The notes: generated by a model not told the origin, from the letters alone. 64,000 bases of DNA from Callorhinchus milii (GCF_018977255.1 NW_024704742.1:120220001-120284000); one strand, 5' to 3'. Positions 1 to 12,006 are shown, numbered from the stretch's first letter. Numbers and translations are program-made.

Positions 1-773
1 AGTCACTTTGGGTTTAGGAAGCCAGTTATGGGTCCATAGGGACCCATAACTGGCTTCCTGTTATAACAAAGCTCTACTTTAGTTTGCACTGAATCAATGT
101 CAGTCACACTGAAATAACACACGCTCATCATGGTAACAAGCACCAAACTGTTCGAGGAGATAGTCGCTCGTTGCTTTCCATTGGCATTGTCTATAGTATA
201 ACCACATCTGGTGCAAAGGCAATTTTATTTTTTAAAAAATCAAATTACATGTTTAATAGGTTCCTGGGTAATCCCTTAAATTGAGTCAGCTTTTCAATAA
301 TATTTAAGTCGCTTGAACAGATGCCTGCAAATTTAAGCAAACTGTTACACTGAAAATGAATTCTGAATGTGAGCATATACCTGTTCTGAGAATGCACAAT
401 ATTAACAGTAATTTACATTTATAAATTTGCTTTTACATGAGAGAAATGCCTCAAAGAGCTTTACAGAATGTAATTAATTAGGAATAAAGTAAATGTTATG
501 GAGGCAGACACAGCAGCTAATTTAACAGCATCATCAACAATAAAACGAGAAGGCATTTGAGGGTTGAATTGATGTGTCAAAAAGAGAATATAAGACAAGT
601 TAACAGAGGCAAACGCCACCATTTTTTGCAATAGTGACAGGAATCCTTTCATATCCATCTGATTTACAAGACGTCCATTGGAAAAATGGAAATGGTTCTA
701 TACCACTTCACTGATACTTTCTCACCTTGATCAGAATAAAGCAAACTATTTTTCTCTTAAAAAATCTACTTAC

Positions 774-1221
774 TGTAAGGGATTCATCGAAGATCCTCAT
801 GAGCTTTCCCGTCAAAAACCTGAAAATTCTGACTTTGCGATCAGATCCAATGGTGGCCATTTTCTTTCCATCAGGAGAGAATGCAACGCTTATTGGGTAC
901 GATTTACACTTCGCAAATTCATACAGGTCTGTATCCGTCTTGTATACCCATGCCACATTTCTGGGAAATTTGTAATCATTGGGTGGCCCAGTCCAATATT
1001 CCAGCATTCCTGATTTATCAGTGGATACGACAACCTTGTACACGGGATTTAACTTGATCTGACTGAGGGGGGAGCTATGCAGTTTCTCAATCACATGGAG
1101 CGGTTTGTTATTTCCTCGAGCGTCATACACAAAGATCTTTCCACTGTTCTTTTCAGAACATGCTACAGCAAATATAGCATCTCCTGGTGAGTAAATCCAT
1201 CCACACTTCCCAGGGTGGAAG
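774..1221 (-). CDS. PPWD1: PPWD1 coding exon 5 (gene continues beyond window start)
   Basis: TTACAG acceptor and GTAAGT donor; [16 protein letters not shown]...[35 protein letters not shown], inside ORF 708..1232. Confidence 0.97.
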
Positions 1222-1464
1222 CTGTAAAACAAAATTGTGAACCCTTAATTTTAAATTCATTATACAACAATGTGAGCAATGCGAGTTTCTCATCTAGATG
1301 CTAGTTACAATGGGAACTCACTAAAATCAATTAACTTCACAGTATATTCTGTGAAGCACTTTTACACGTCTCAACGACGCAATAAGGCACTATATCAAAT
1401 GCAAGGATTATTTTTAATCAAATAGACTTGACTGTCTAGACCACCTAGATACTCATCTAGGTTT

Positions 1465-1781
1465 GTGGAGTCCTGTAGCTCAGTGGTTAGAACACTCGCA
1501 TTGCAAGCGAGAGACCTGAGTTCAATTCCAGGCAGGGAGAAACCTTGGGCAAGTTTCCTTACTCCACACACAGCCTAATAATAATCCCTCCAAAACCAAA
1601 GACAATAATAAATTGGTCCTTTTCAATCTACGACTGTTTGTGGGACATTGCTGTGCGCAATTGGCTGCCGCGTTCGCCCACAAATATACAGTCAATTCAC
1701 TTTACAGTGTGTTCTGTGAAGCGCTTTGGGACGTCCTCCCGACGTGAAAAGCGCTATATCAAATGCAAGGATTATTATTAT
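1465..1781 (+). mobile_element. tRNA-derived SINE (Deu-type body, L2-like tail), full length
   Basis: A box TAGCTCAGTGG and B box GAGTTCAATTCC; body GACATTGCTGTGCGCAATTGGCTGCCGCG; tail GGGACGTCCTCCCGACGTGAAAAGCGCT followed by (ATT)n. Confidence 0.9.
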
Positions 1782-1890
1782 CTCCAAATTTAAAAAAGTT
1801 TAAGAAAAGAAATCTCAATATTACAAATGTTCAGTTAAAGCATTTATAGAAAAAATATGAAAGTAAAATTACTATCTGACTGATACCTAC

Positions 1891-2011
1891 CCCAGTTTGA
1901 CCATATTGATCATATCGAAGTTCACAACATCAAAAATCTTCATTGCTTGGTCATCACCAACTGAACAGTACAGAGCCCCTTCTGAACTAATGTCAGCAGA
2001 TTCAATAACAC
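1891..2011 (-). CDS. PPWD1: PPWD1 coding exon 4
   Basis: TTGCAG acceptor and GTAGGT donor; translates (G)[39 protein letters not shown](G). Confidence 0.97.
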
Positions 2012-3168
2012 CTGCAATTAAAAAAAATTGTTGAGTCTCAAGTAATAGTAATTTCATCCATAAATATACAGTTAATTCACGTTACAGCATATTGTGAGGC
2101 GCTTTGAGAAGTCTAGAAGACGTGAAAAGCGCTATATCAAATGCAAGGATTAATACTGTTATTATTAAAATATATTCCCCAGTTCATTAACTGGTGTATC
2201 TTGTTGCTTTCCATTTACCCACTGTGACTGTTCATAGTAAAACCATGATCAGAACACTTAATAATCTTTTTTGAAGTACTGTGTTAGCTTCCCTTTTTAC
2301 TTAGATCAGCAACACATTTATTGTCGACATCCTTGTTCAGTATTGCCCAACCTGTGAACGTACCAGATGTAACTCCTTTGATGACCCATCAAGGTAGGCT
2401 CTTACCAACACAAATACAGCATTCACCTGGTGAAAGATGCCATAACAAGAAAGCAAAGTACAAATACCAGCTGACATTTTACACACTAATCCCCTTGCAA
2501 TATAGGCATTTTTCCCTGACTCAATGAAAAGGAAGACACCCAGCTAGTATCTAGATCCTAGGACCAGTTCAATTATTTCCATTCCATCTATAGCACAGAT
2601 ATTTTTCAGACTGGGTTTTCACTTACTTGGCAGCAGCCATTAATTGCTTATGAGACTGTTAGGAGCCTTTAAGTTAGGAATGCTTTCTACTGCTGACTGA
2701 AATAAATACATGGAACACTACAAAAATTAATGTGGGAAGGTTGGGTTTTCTTTTTTGCACAATTTCAAGAGAATTTGTTTTCCCTGCGTTAAAAGGCATA
2801 AATATTGAATCGAGGCGAGTGGCAGGAACTGAAATCGACTCCAGTAGCTGCTGAGAACACAAAATAAAATCTGAAAATATTGTGTTGCTGTGTCAATGAG
2901 CTGCAGAGAGACTTCCAGGGCCTAATGGGGATTCTAAACTCTACTGAAATAAGCAGAATACTAAAATTATAAAAAGACACAAACACTGTTCAATTCAGCC
3001 TGGTTATTCAGTGCCCCTGGTGATGTTTCACTCATTTCCTCTGGATGAAAAGCAGCCACAGGCTATCAGACATGACAGTGAGCAGACGTGAGCTACAGGA
3101 TTGAAGGGATAATTGAACTATCCCACTCCATGCCCTATTAACAATTAATATACACTGATGGCATAGAA

Positions 3169-3489
3169 GTGTAGTCCTGTGGCTCAGTGGTTAGAGCACT
3201 TGCTTTGCAAGCAAGACACCTGGGTTCAATTCCAGGCAGGGCGAAACCTTGGGCAAGTTTCCTTACTCCACACGCCTAATAATAATCCCTCCAAAAACCC
3301 CAAACAATAATAAATTGGTCATTTTCAATCTACGACTGTTTGTGGGACATTGCTGTGCGCAATTGGCTGCCGCGTTCGCCCACAAATATACAGTCAATTC
3401 ACTTTACAGTATATTCTGTGAAGCGCTTTGGGACGTCCTCCCGACGTGAAAAGCGCTATATCAAATGCAAGGATTATTATTATTATTAT
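3169..3489 (+). mobile_element. tRNA-derived SINE, full length
   Basis: Near-identical to the 1465-1781 copy. Confidence 0.9.
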
Positions 3490-4186
3490 AAGTGGATACA
3501 AGGTGTCAACTTTTCTCAGTTGGTTTGTCTCAAGAGTCAGAAGCTTGTGGGTTCAAACCCCACATCAGGACTTTGAGCTCAAGGCTTCAATGCAGTTCTG
3601 GGAACAGCTAAATTATATATATACACACACACACATACACACAAACAGTCTCACTCCTTTATTACTTGTGACAATCATACTCCACATTACTTGTGGATCA
3701 CACAATCAGGACTCCAAGCAGTTAGTCTGTCCTATCAAACAGTTGATAGACAGTAATTGCAATAACAACAAAATTGATGGTTTAGATATTCCATAAACGT
3801 CAGTTGAGAAGAGCTCATACCAAGTGAATGGTTTATAGCTCCTTTGATCTCAATAGCACCACGTACTTATTTTCTATTAGATTTGAAAGGCTAAAATCTA
3901 GCAATAAGAAGACTACGTAAGTTCCACTAAAAGCATATTGTACGGTGGGCATTGAACATTGAACATGTCAACTTGTTAACTGTAAAAACAGACCAAAACA
4001 TCACAATTTGCCTATCACTAAACAGCAACATGAAATGATCATTTTGTTTGCTATCATTTTCATGTATAATGCTTTCTCTGTAATAATGTTTAGCATAAAA
4101 TCATAGTTTTCCAACTGAAATTGTTATATTTGACTTTCACTTTAATATATAACACAACATTTTTTGAAAAAAAAGGTAATTTTTAC

Positions 4187-4287
4187 CTAGATGACTGCGA
4201 AAATGTTTAACAAATTCTATCCCTTCATCTTTCTTCTTCCAGAACTTGATGTGTCCGTCCTGACTGGCAGTTATTATGAAGTCTGTC
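4187..4287 (-). CDS. PPWD1: PPWD1 coding exon 3
   Basis: CATAG acceptor and GTAAA donor; translates [33 protein letters not shown] (WD40 repeat). Confidence 0.97.
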
Positions 4288-4609
4288 CTATGCATTCACA
4301 AATCAAGGAACAGTGGTTTAGCAAGCTTTCAAATATTAAACTGTCCAAAAAATCATGTTCTGAGAAGCCTCAAACAAAAAACGGGAAAAAAAATTAATGC
4401 AGTTAATTTTAATTGTACTTAATGATCAAACAATTCATGCATCAGATATTTCCACAGACGAATGTCAGCTGGTAAATGCCATTAATGTCGATGAACTAGT
4501 GTTTAGAATTTATTCAATAGTTTATTTAGAATCAGGAATGATTATCTTCAATACTAGTACCCTCATATGATCTGTGTCACTATGTAATGATCAAACATAC
4601 ATGCACCAA

Positions 4610-5615
4610 GAACAACAAATTTACACTTGTATAGCACGTTTCATGTCAGGAGGACATCCCAAGGCGCTGGACAGTCAGTGCATCAGACGACCCGAGCTGG
4701 GGGTCGGGATTGGGGAGATTGGAGGGCGGGTGGAGGAAGCAAGGTGATCAAAAACAAGGTCGAAGAGGAGGGTCTTGAGATGGGTCTTGAAGGAGGCAAG
4801 GGAGGGGGCGAGGTGGAGGGACTGCGAGACGGCGTTCCAGAAGGCGGGGCAGAGTGGCAGAAGACCCGCTCACCAATAGTGGGGTGCACGAGGCAGGGGA
4901 GGAGAAGCAAGCCGGAGCCCACTGAGCAGAGGGAGTGGGCAGGATGGTAGGGGGTTAGGAGGTCACAGAGGTAGGGGGGAGCAAGTCCATGGAGGGCTTT
5001 GAAGGTGAGCACCAGGATTTTGTGATGGGAAGCCAGTGGAGTCGGCCGAGGATGGGGGTGATAGGGTCACGGAGCCTGGTGCAGGAGAGGACACGGGCTG
5101 CAGAGTTCTGGATGATCTGCAGCCTGTGGAAGGCGGTGTTGGGAAGGCCGACAAGCAAAGAGTTTGCATAGTCAAGACTCGATGTTATGAAAGCATGTAT
5201 GAGGGTTTCGGTGGGCTGCGATGTGAGACAGTGGAGGAGCCGGGCGATGTTGCTGAGGTGGGGGAAGGCAGAGCAGGTCTTGGCGCAGATGTGGGGTAGA
5301 AAGGATAGTTGAGGGTCAAACAGGGCCCCAAGGTTCCAGACTGGCTTAGTAAGGTGGAGTGTGCAACCATGGATGGTAATGCTGTCAGCGCCTGAGGTAT
5401 GGAGGCGCTGATGGGAGCCAATCAGGAGAGCTTCGGTCTTGTTGACGTTCAGCTGAAGAAAGTTAGCTCTCATCCAGGACTTGATGTCTGACAGACATTC
5501 TGTCAGGAAAGCAGTGGTCCTGGAGTCAAGGGTAGAGGCAGAGAGGCACAGTTGGGTGTCATCTGCATACATGTGGAAGTTGTCTGCAGATGCTGTCACC
5601 AAGAGGGAGCATATA
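4610..5615 (-). mobile_element. L2-clade LINE, 5'-truncated, degraded
   Basis: ORF 4955..5620: [10 protein letters not shown]...[14 protein letters not shown]...SSLDYANSLL...QNSAARVL...LHWLPI (RT C-terminus); (TTG)n tail. Confidence 0.9.
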
Positions 5616-6245
5616 GACATAAATGTTTGGGTTCTATAATAGCAAATTTTGCTTAATCGGTGTGATTTATAGATAAATATACATTTATTGTTGAGTCATA
5701 AATGCACACAAAATTAAATATCACAGTCAAAACACACAAGATTTATAGTGGATAGTTTCAAAAATCGAATGCATCGTGCTGGGGAGTGGAAAACAACAAC
5801 TTGTATTTTATATTATTTAATGCTTTCACACAGGTAGTGTCTGGGAGAACACGCTTAACTGCAGTATGGCTCGACAGCAAGCCGAAACAGGACGGGAGGT
5901 GACTGATGGCACGGTCAAAGAGAAAAGTGCTCAGGTGTCACTTGAGGATGGGCAAAGGGGGCAAGACAGAAGATTGAGGCCAGGAGATCAAGAGATTCAG
6001 GGCATAGTGGCTGAAGGCATGACCGCCGATTGTGGTGCAGAGGGAACAAGGGCTACAAACATGAGAGAGAAAATGTTTACTTTAAAAATAAAGGCAATTC
6101 CTCCCCTTCAAAACTCCAAATACAATATGAACATTACATTAGAATTGTACATGAATCGAAATGTATTCATTGAACCACCACAAAGATTTCATTTGTAGTC
6201 TTATATTTCAATGGAGTAAATAAGGTAAACAAAAGCAGGTCTTAC

Positions 6246-6348
6246 CGAGTACACACTAAGTGTGTAATAACATCTCTGTGCATGTAGCTCCGCTCGTACA
6301 TAGATGCACAAGGAAGGTTGTTCAGATACACATGTTCAAAGTCAAGAA
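6246..6348 (-). CDS. PPWD1: PPWD1 coding exon 2
   Basis: TTCCAG acceptor and GTAAG donor; translates (V)[33 protein letters not shown](R); phases fit exons 1 and 3. Confidence 0.97.
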
Positions 6349-6744
6349 CTGGAACCAAAATAAAACAATTCAGAATTACACAGGAAAACAGAACAAATAA
6401 TCTAATTTATGGTACACCTAGATATACAATTAGAAAAATACTTAATTTCTCATTCCTTCATAATTCACCATCACCAGGTAAGAACTCTGGGGAACTGTAG
6501 AAATGGACTCAACTTAAGTGTTTAAGAATTGAGCATTTTAAATAAAATGTCTACAACGGTTCCAGCACACCAAGCCGCTAACTCGCACACAGGGCACAAT
6601 ATAAATGCAAGTTGCTGTGGCAGAAGATGATCTAATGTGCTCCACTAACAGGTGAGGTCCCCATGTTCCCTCCAGCATCCAGCAAAACCCCAAGCCTTTG
6701 CTGAGTACCTTCCTGCACAGTTAAGTATTTCGGCAAAATTCATT

Positions 6745-6985
6745 ACTCTGGGGTCCCCCAAGCCTTGGCTCCTGCCAACCTGCGCCTAATAGTTTGCGGA
6801 ATTAGGTAAGCAAGATAACTCCCTCCATCCAGGGAGCGAGCGCGGATTCCATTCCAACAATCTACCGCCGGGATTTCCACGGGATTTCCAATCTCAGTTT
6901 GGTTTGGACGCCTTTGCGCGGGTGATGGGCTTCCGCACGCGTCGGACACACCGCGGCTCCGACGAAAACAACAAGACGTAACGGA
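6745..6985 (+). repeat. Unclassified about 250-bp interspersed repeat (second copy at about 41243-41490)
   Basis: Shared blocks CTTGGCTC.TGCCAACCTGCGCCTAATA, GGAATTA.GTAAGCA, ATTCCATTCCAACAATCTA and GTCGGACAC. Confidence 0.75.
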
Positions 6986-7174
6986 GCCGCCACCTCGGCC
7001 TGGAGCCGCGTGTGGAAGACGGACGGCGTGATTAGCCGCTGTGTCAAATGCAAGGATTATTAATTGCTCTGATGATCTCCCGCGCGGCCGTGCCTTACTG
7101 TGACTGTGATTATAATTCTCTGACCGCCTCGGGCTCGCGCTGGCGGCTCTGGGCCTTCAACCCCACCCCTCGAC

Positions 7175-8000
7175 TCCCTACCCCCTCCTCCCCTCCCCTC
7201 CCCCTGACCATTCTCCTCCCCTCCCCTCCCCGACCACTCCCCCTCCTCCCCCCCGACCATTCCCCCCTCCTCACCCCTCCCCCTCCCCTAACCATTCCCC
7301 CCTTCCCTCCCCCTGACCATTCCCCCTCCTCGCCCCCCCCCTCCCCTCCCCTGACCACCCCCCTCCTCGCCCCCTCCCCTCCCTCCCCTGACCACTCCCC
7401 CTCCTCGCCCCTCCTCCCCTCCCCTCCCCCTGACCACTCCCCCCTCCTCGCCCCCTCCTCCCCTCCCCTCCCCTGACCACTCCCCCTCCTCGCCCCTCCT
7501 CCCCTCCCCTGACATCCCCCTCCTCGCCCCTCCTCCCCTCCCCTCCCCTGACCACTCCCCCTCCTCGCCCCTCCTCCCCTCCCCTCCCCCTGACCACTCC
7601 CCCCTCCTCGCCCCTCTCCCTCCCCTCCCCCTGACCACTCCCCCTCCTCGCCCCTCCTCCCTCCCCTCCCCTGACCATCCCCCTCCTCGCCCCCTCCTCC
7701 CCTCCCCTCCCCTGACCATTCCCCCCTCCTCGCCCCCTCCTCCCCTCCCCTCCCCCTGACCACTCCCCCCTCCTCGCCCCTCCTCCCTCCCTCCCCCTGA
7801 CCCTCCCCCTCCTCGCCCCCTCCTCCCCTCCCCTCCCCTGACCAGTCCCCCCTCCTCGCCCCCTCCTCCCCTCCCCTCCCCCTGACCAGTCCCCCCCCCC
7901 AAGGCTCGGTTCCCGACCCAACTGTCCAGCGCCTCGGGACGTCCTCCCGACGTGAGAGGCGCTGTATCAATGCAATGCCGTTGTTGTTGTTGTTGTTGTT
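7175..8000 (+). repeat. C-rich about 40-bp minisatellite derived from the L2 3'UTR, followed by an L2 tail
   Basis: Unit like CCCCTGACCACTCCCCCCTCCTCGCCCCTCCTCCCCTCCCCT repeated over about 7175-7900, then CTCGGTTCCCGACCCAACTGTCCAGCGCCTCGGGACGTCC and (TTG)n. Confidence 0.9.
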
Positions 8001-8086
8001 GGGCGCGTGAAGCCAAGTGCACGGTTTGACTGAGGCCCCCGAGTCTCGGGCTCCGGATCGACCCCCGGGGGAGCGGCGGCTGTTAC

Positions 8087-8222
8087 CTTTCCTCCTCTTG
8101 GTGCTCACGGCCTCGGAGGGAAGGGGTCCCACCCACCCGTCATCCTCCGCTTCGCCGCCGGTCTCCTCCTCCCGCCCGCGCTCGCCGCTCCTCTTCCTCT
8201 CCGTCTCCCTCTCCGCCGCCAT
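8087..8222 (-). CDS. PPWD1: PPWD1 coding exon 1 (peptidylprolyl isomerase domain and WD repeat-containing protein 1)
   Basis: ATG at 8222 (minus) gives MAAERETERKRS...DGWVGPLPSEAVSTKRRK, matching the PPWD1 motif WVGPLP.EA...KKRK. It ends at a G|GTAACA donor (phase 1) and lies in a CpG island. Confidence 0.95.
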
Positions 8223-8360
8223 GTTGGGCCTCAGCTCCCGCCCCGACCTTCGACCCCTGACTCCGGGGCGGGGGGGCGGGGTCTTCAGGGTGATTGGCAG
8301 TCCAGGCGGCCAATCAGAGGTCAGGGGCGGGGCCCCAGTGTTGGGCGGGGCTTCGGCAGC
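8215..8360. promoter_or_regulatory. PPWD1 TATA-less CpG-island promoter with GC boxes, CCAAT boxes and a YY1 motif
   Basis: CCGCCATGTT (YY1-type) overlaps the ATG. GGGGCGGG GC boxes at about 8237, 8265-8280, 8324 and 8343. Oppositely oriented CCAAT boxes: ATTGG at 8293 and CCAAT at 8310. Confidence 0.75.
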
Positions 8361-8935
8361 TCCAGGGACCCGACCTGAGCAGCAATGTCCTTCCCCAACA
8401 CTTTGGTGGCAGCGCAACGAGGGCTCAGAGAGTCGCATTGGCGGTGACTTACACTGAAGTGCAATTGCATTTTTGCAGTGTTTTGAGGATAAGGTCCATC
8501 GCCACCGCAACCCGGGGGACGGGCAATACGTGCTGCTCCTGCCAGCGTCACGCACATCTGGAAAAAATGTATTGGATAGGGAATGCTTGATCATGAATCT
8601 GTTTAAATGATGAAATAATAATAATAATAATAATAATCCTTACATTTGCATTTGATATAGCGCCTTACCACTTCCTTCAAGGAGGCACAAAGAGCTTCAC
8701 TGGGTACATGTAACGTGTACACGGTAAAGTGGTGTGACTGTATTTTGTGAGTACACATGTGTAAGACCTTCAAAATACACAGTCATTACACTCTAACGTA
8801 AATCCTATCAAACTCATGGAGGCAATATCAAGTACAAGGATTATATAATATTGTTTTATAAATATCTGTCTACTTGTGTAGCTTGAATTGCATTATATAC
8901 TCCGATACACTGCCTGTGTGAAGGGTTGTTGTATA

Positions 8936-9260
8936 TAATAATAATAATAATAATCCTTGCATTTGATATAGCGCTTTTCACGTCGGGAGGACGTCCCAAA
9001 GCGCTTCACAGAACACACTGTAAAGTGAATTGACTGTATATTTGTGGGCGAACGCGGCAGCAATTGCGCACAGCAATGTCCCACAAACAGTCGTAGATTG
9101 AAAATGACCAATTTATTATTGTTTTTGGTTTTGGAGGGATTATTATTAGGCGTGTGGAGTAAGGAAACTTGCCCAAGGTTTCGCCCTGACCTGCCTGGAA
9201 TTGAACCCAGGTGTCTCGCTTGCAAAGCGAGTGCTCTAACCACTGAGCTACAGGACTCCA
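8936..9260 (-). mobile_element. tRNA-derived SINE, full length
   Basis: Reverse complement of the same family with (AAT)n tail. Confidence 0.9.
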
Positions 9261-9439
9261 CAAACTTGCATTGTCTCTCAAATCTGAAAATGTATAATAA
9301 TAATCATTGCATTTGACATAGTATCTATTACATCAGGCTTTAGCAAAATTTACTTTCTTCCAAGCATGCATAACACACCCAGTAATTCATCCTCATACAC
9401 CAGAAGTTACTTGCATACTGCTCAGTGATGCTCAGCCAT

Positions 9440-10420
9440 TATAGCTCTATACTCCACCCTCAATTCCAGGAGCACTGCTGTCCTGGCAGAATGTCTGCCA
9501 GACATCAAATCTTGATGAGAGCTAACTTTCTACATTGAACGTTAACCAGACTGAGACCTGCCTGATTGGCTCCCTCAGAGTCTCCACGCCTGAGGCACTG
9601 ATAGCATCACCATCCATGGATGCCAGTCCAGAACCTTGGCATCTTGTTTGACCCTCAACTGTCTTTTCTACCCCACATCTATGCCATGATGTGGGGTAGA
9701 TAGGACCATAAGGGCTCTGAGACGTGGAGGACGCAAGCTGTTGTTGTTATGATACGTTCTGGCTTCCCCGACCTCCGCAACATCGCCCAGCTCCACCACT
9801 GCCTCACCCCTGAGGCTGCCAAAACCCTCATCCACGCATTCATCATATCGAGGCTCGACTAAGCCAACTCCCTGTTGTCAGTCTTCCCATCTCTTCCCTC
9901 CACAAGATGCAGATTATCCAGAACTCTGCAGCTCATGTTCTCTCCACACCGGGCTCCATGAACCTTTCACTCCCACCCTCGCCTGGCTCCACTGGCTCCC
10001 CATCCCCCAGAGGATATGGTTCAAAATGCTCACCTTCAAAGCCCTCCACAGCCTTGCTCCTTCCTACCCCTGTTACCTACTAACCTCATATCAACCTGTG
10101 CGCTCCCTCCACTCAGCAGGCTGCTCCACATCTCCCATTTGGCTTGCCCCACCATCGGCGGTTGGGCCTTCACCCTCTCTGCCCAACTCTTTGGAACTCC
10201 ATCCCACATTCCCTTTGCTTCGCTACCTCCCTTGTTTCCTTCAAGGCACATCTCAAGACCCTCCTCTTCGACCATGTCTTCGGCCACCCTCCTACCCTCT
10301 CAGCCCTCCACCCTCCCTGATCCCAGACCCCCTGCTCGGGTCCAAATCCCTGACTGTCCAGCACCTTCCAATGTCCTCTCAACGTGAAAGGCGCTGTACA
10401 AATGTAATTTTGTATTGTGT
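9440..10420 (+). mobile_element. L2-clade LINE, degraded
   Basis: Same RT C-terminal motifs (LTFKALHSLAPSY) and 3' tail CAACGTGAAAGGCGCTG. Confidence 0.85.
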
Positions 10421-10705
10421 TGAAAATAGAATCATACAATCTTACAGCACAGAAGGAGATTCTCAGTTTAATGTTGTAAGAATAACAAAATGAACTGTGC
10501 TGAAAATCTTCCAGCTGGTGTAGTTTCCAGTGTTCGTTGTGGATTGATGAGTCTGCCGTTGAGAAAGTAAATCCAGATCATTACTTTAGGGGGTGTTATG
10601 ACAGCAGAACAAGTGAACATAGGTTTAATAATAATAATAATCCTTTCATTTGAAATAGCACCTTATCACTTCTTTGAGGCATCTCAAAGCACTTCACAGA
10701 ATATA

Positions 10706-11335
10706 CAACAACAACAACAACTTGGATTATATAGCGCCTTCCACGCCGGACGGTGTCTGAGAGCATTTCATAGTAACGGATCCCGGGGCCGAGCCAGGAG
10801 GAGGGGGAGGAAGGTGACCAAAGGCGCGGTCAAAAAGAAAAGTCTTCAGCAGACCTGAAAATAGGAAGGGAGGGAACGAGGTGAAGGGAGTGAGGAAGGG
10901 AGTTCCAAAGCCTCCGGGCACAGTGGCTGAAGGCACGGCTGCCGAGGGTGGAGCAGAGGACTTGAGGCACGAGGAGGAGGCCAAACCCAGAGGAATGAAG
11001 GTAACAGGTACTGTTTTGGGGAGAGAGGAGGTCAGAGAGGTAGGGGGGTGCAGAGGAGTGCAGGGACTTGAATACAACGGTGAGGAACTTGAAGTCGATC
11101 CTCTCTGGGACAGGCAGCCAGTGCAGGCTGGCAAGGACTGGGATGATCGGGGAGCGGAGTTTCGTGCGGGTGAGAATGCGGGCGGCAGAGTTTTGGATGA
11201 TTTGGATTTTATGGATGGTAGTGGATGGGAGACCGGTGAGGAGGGCGTTAAAGTAGTCCAGCCTGAGGTGACAAAGGCATGGACCAGGGTTTCAGTGGCT
11301 TTTGGAGTGAGGTATTGGCGGAGTGAGGTACTGTA
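10706..11335 (-). mobile_element. L2-clade LINE 3' fragment (different subfamily)
   Basis: [10 protein letters not shown]...KTFLFDRAF; (TTG)n tail. Confidence 0.85.
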
Positions 11336-11379
11336 AATTGAATTGAGTGTTTTGTGAGCAAAACTGTTTAGAATTGTAA

Positions 11380-11595
11380 AGGGCAATTTCAGGACAGATA
11401 CCAGGAAGTTTTCTTTACATAGAGGGTGATTAATGAATGGAACAGGCTGCTAGGAAAGGTGATAGAGACCGGGGCACAAGACTCATTTAAAAAGCAGCTT
11501 GATGCAGTAATGGGGCAACAGTAGGGTGGGTGTTCTGAAGGAATGAGATCGGATGGGCCGAATCTTTATCCAGACTAATCTTGTGATCTTGTGAG
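11380..11595 (+). mobile_element. CR1 3' fragment
   Basis: TTCTTTACATAGAGGGTGATTAATGAATGGAAC...GATGGGCCGAA. Similar fragments at about 17770-18100, 21605-21790 and 49870-50010. Confidence 0.65.
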
Positions 11596-12006
11596 ATATA
11601 TCTGAGGAAATATTTATATGAGTAAACATCATTTCTAATCAATTACATTTTGCAAAGTGCTTTGAAACTGTATAAATTCAAGTCATTACTATTAAATTAA
11701 AGCATTTTTTTACAGAATAAAAATTGGCAAGTTCAAGCTTGTGGGCAACATTTTTGTTAAAATAAATGACGTTCATACATGTTCATTTGTTGATAAAAGT
11801 ATTTCCCTCTTGAAAGCTACAATGGACTCTGGTTCCACTACCCTACTCACCAGGGCATTGCACACCCCACCTACTCGCTTGGCGAAAAACTTCCTCTTAA
11901 ATTCCCCTTTATATAAATATTAATAGTTGTCAACTATCATTGAAAGTTCTTAACTGTAGTAATATTGGGTTATGGAAAACACAGGTTATGTAATTAATGG
12001 CTTTAT

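Noticed and set aside
1465..1545. tRNA genes at SINE heads
   Set aside because: A and B boxes are present, but each runs into a SINE body and tail.
7110..8594. 494-aa Gly/Arg/Glu-rich ORF and overlapping long ORFs
   Set aside because: Only 8087-8222 is real (PPWD1 exon 1); the rest is read-through of a stop-free G-rich minisatellite.
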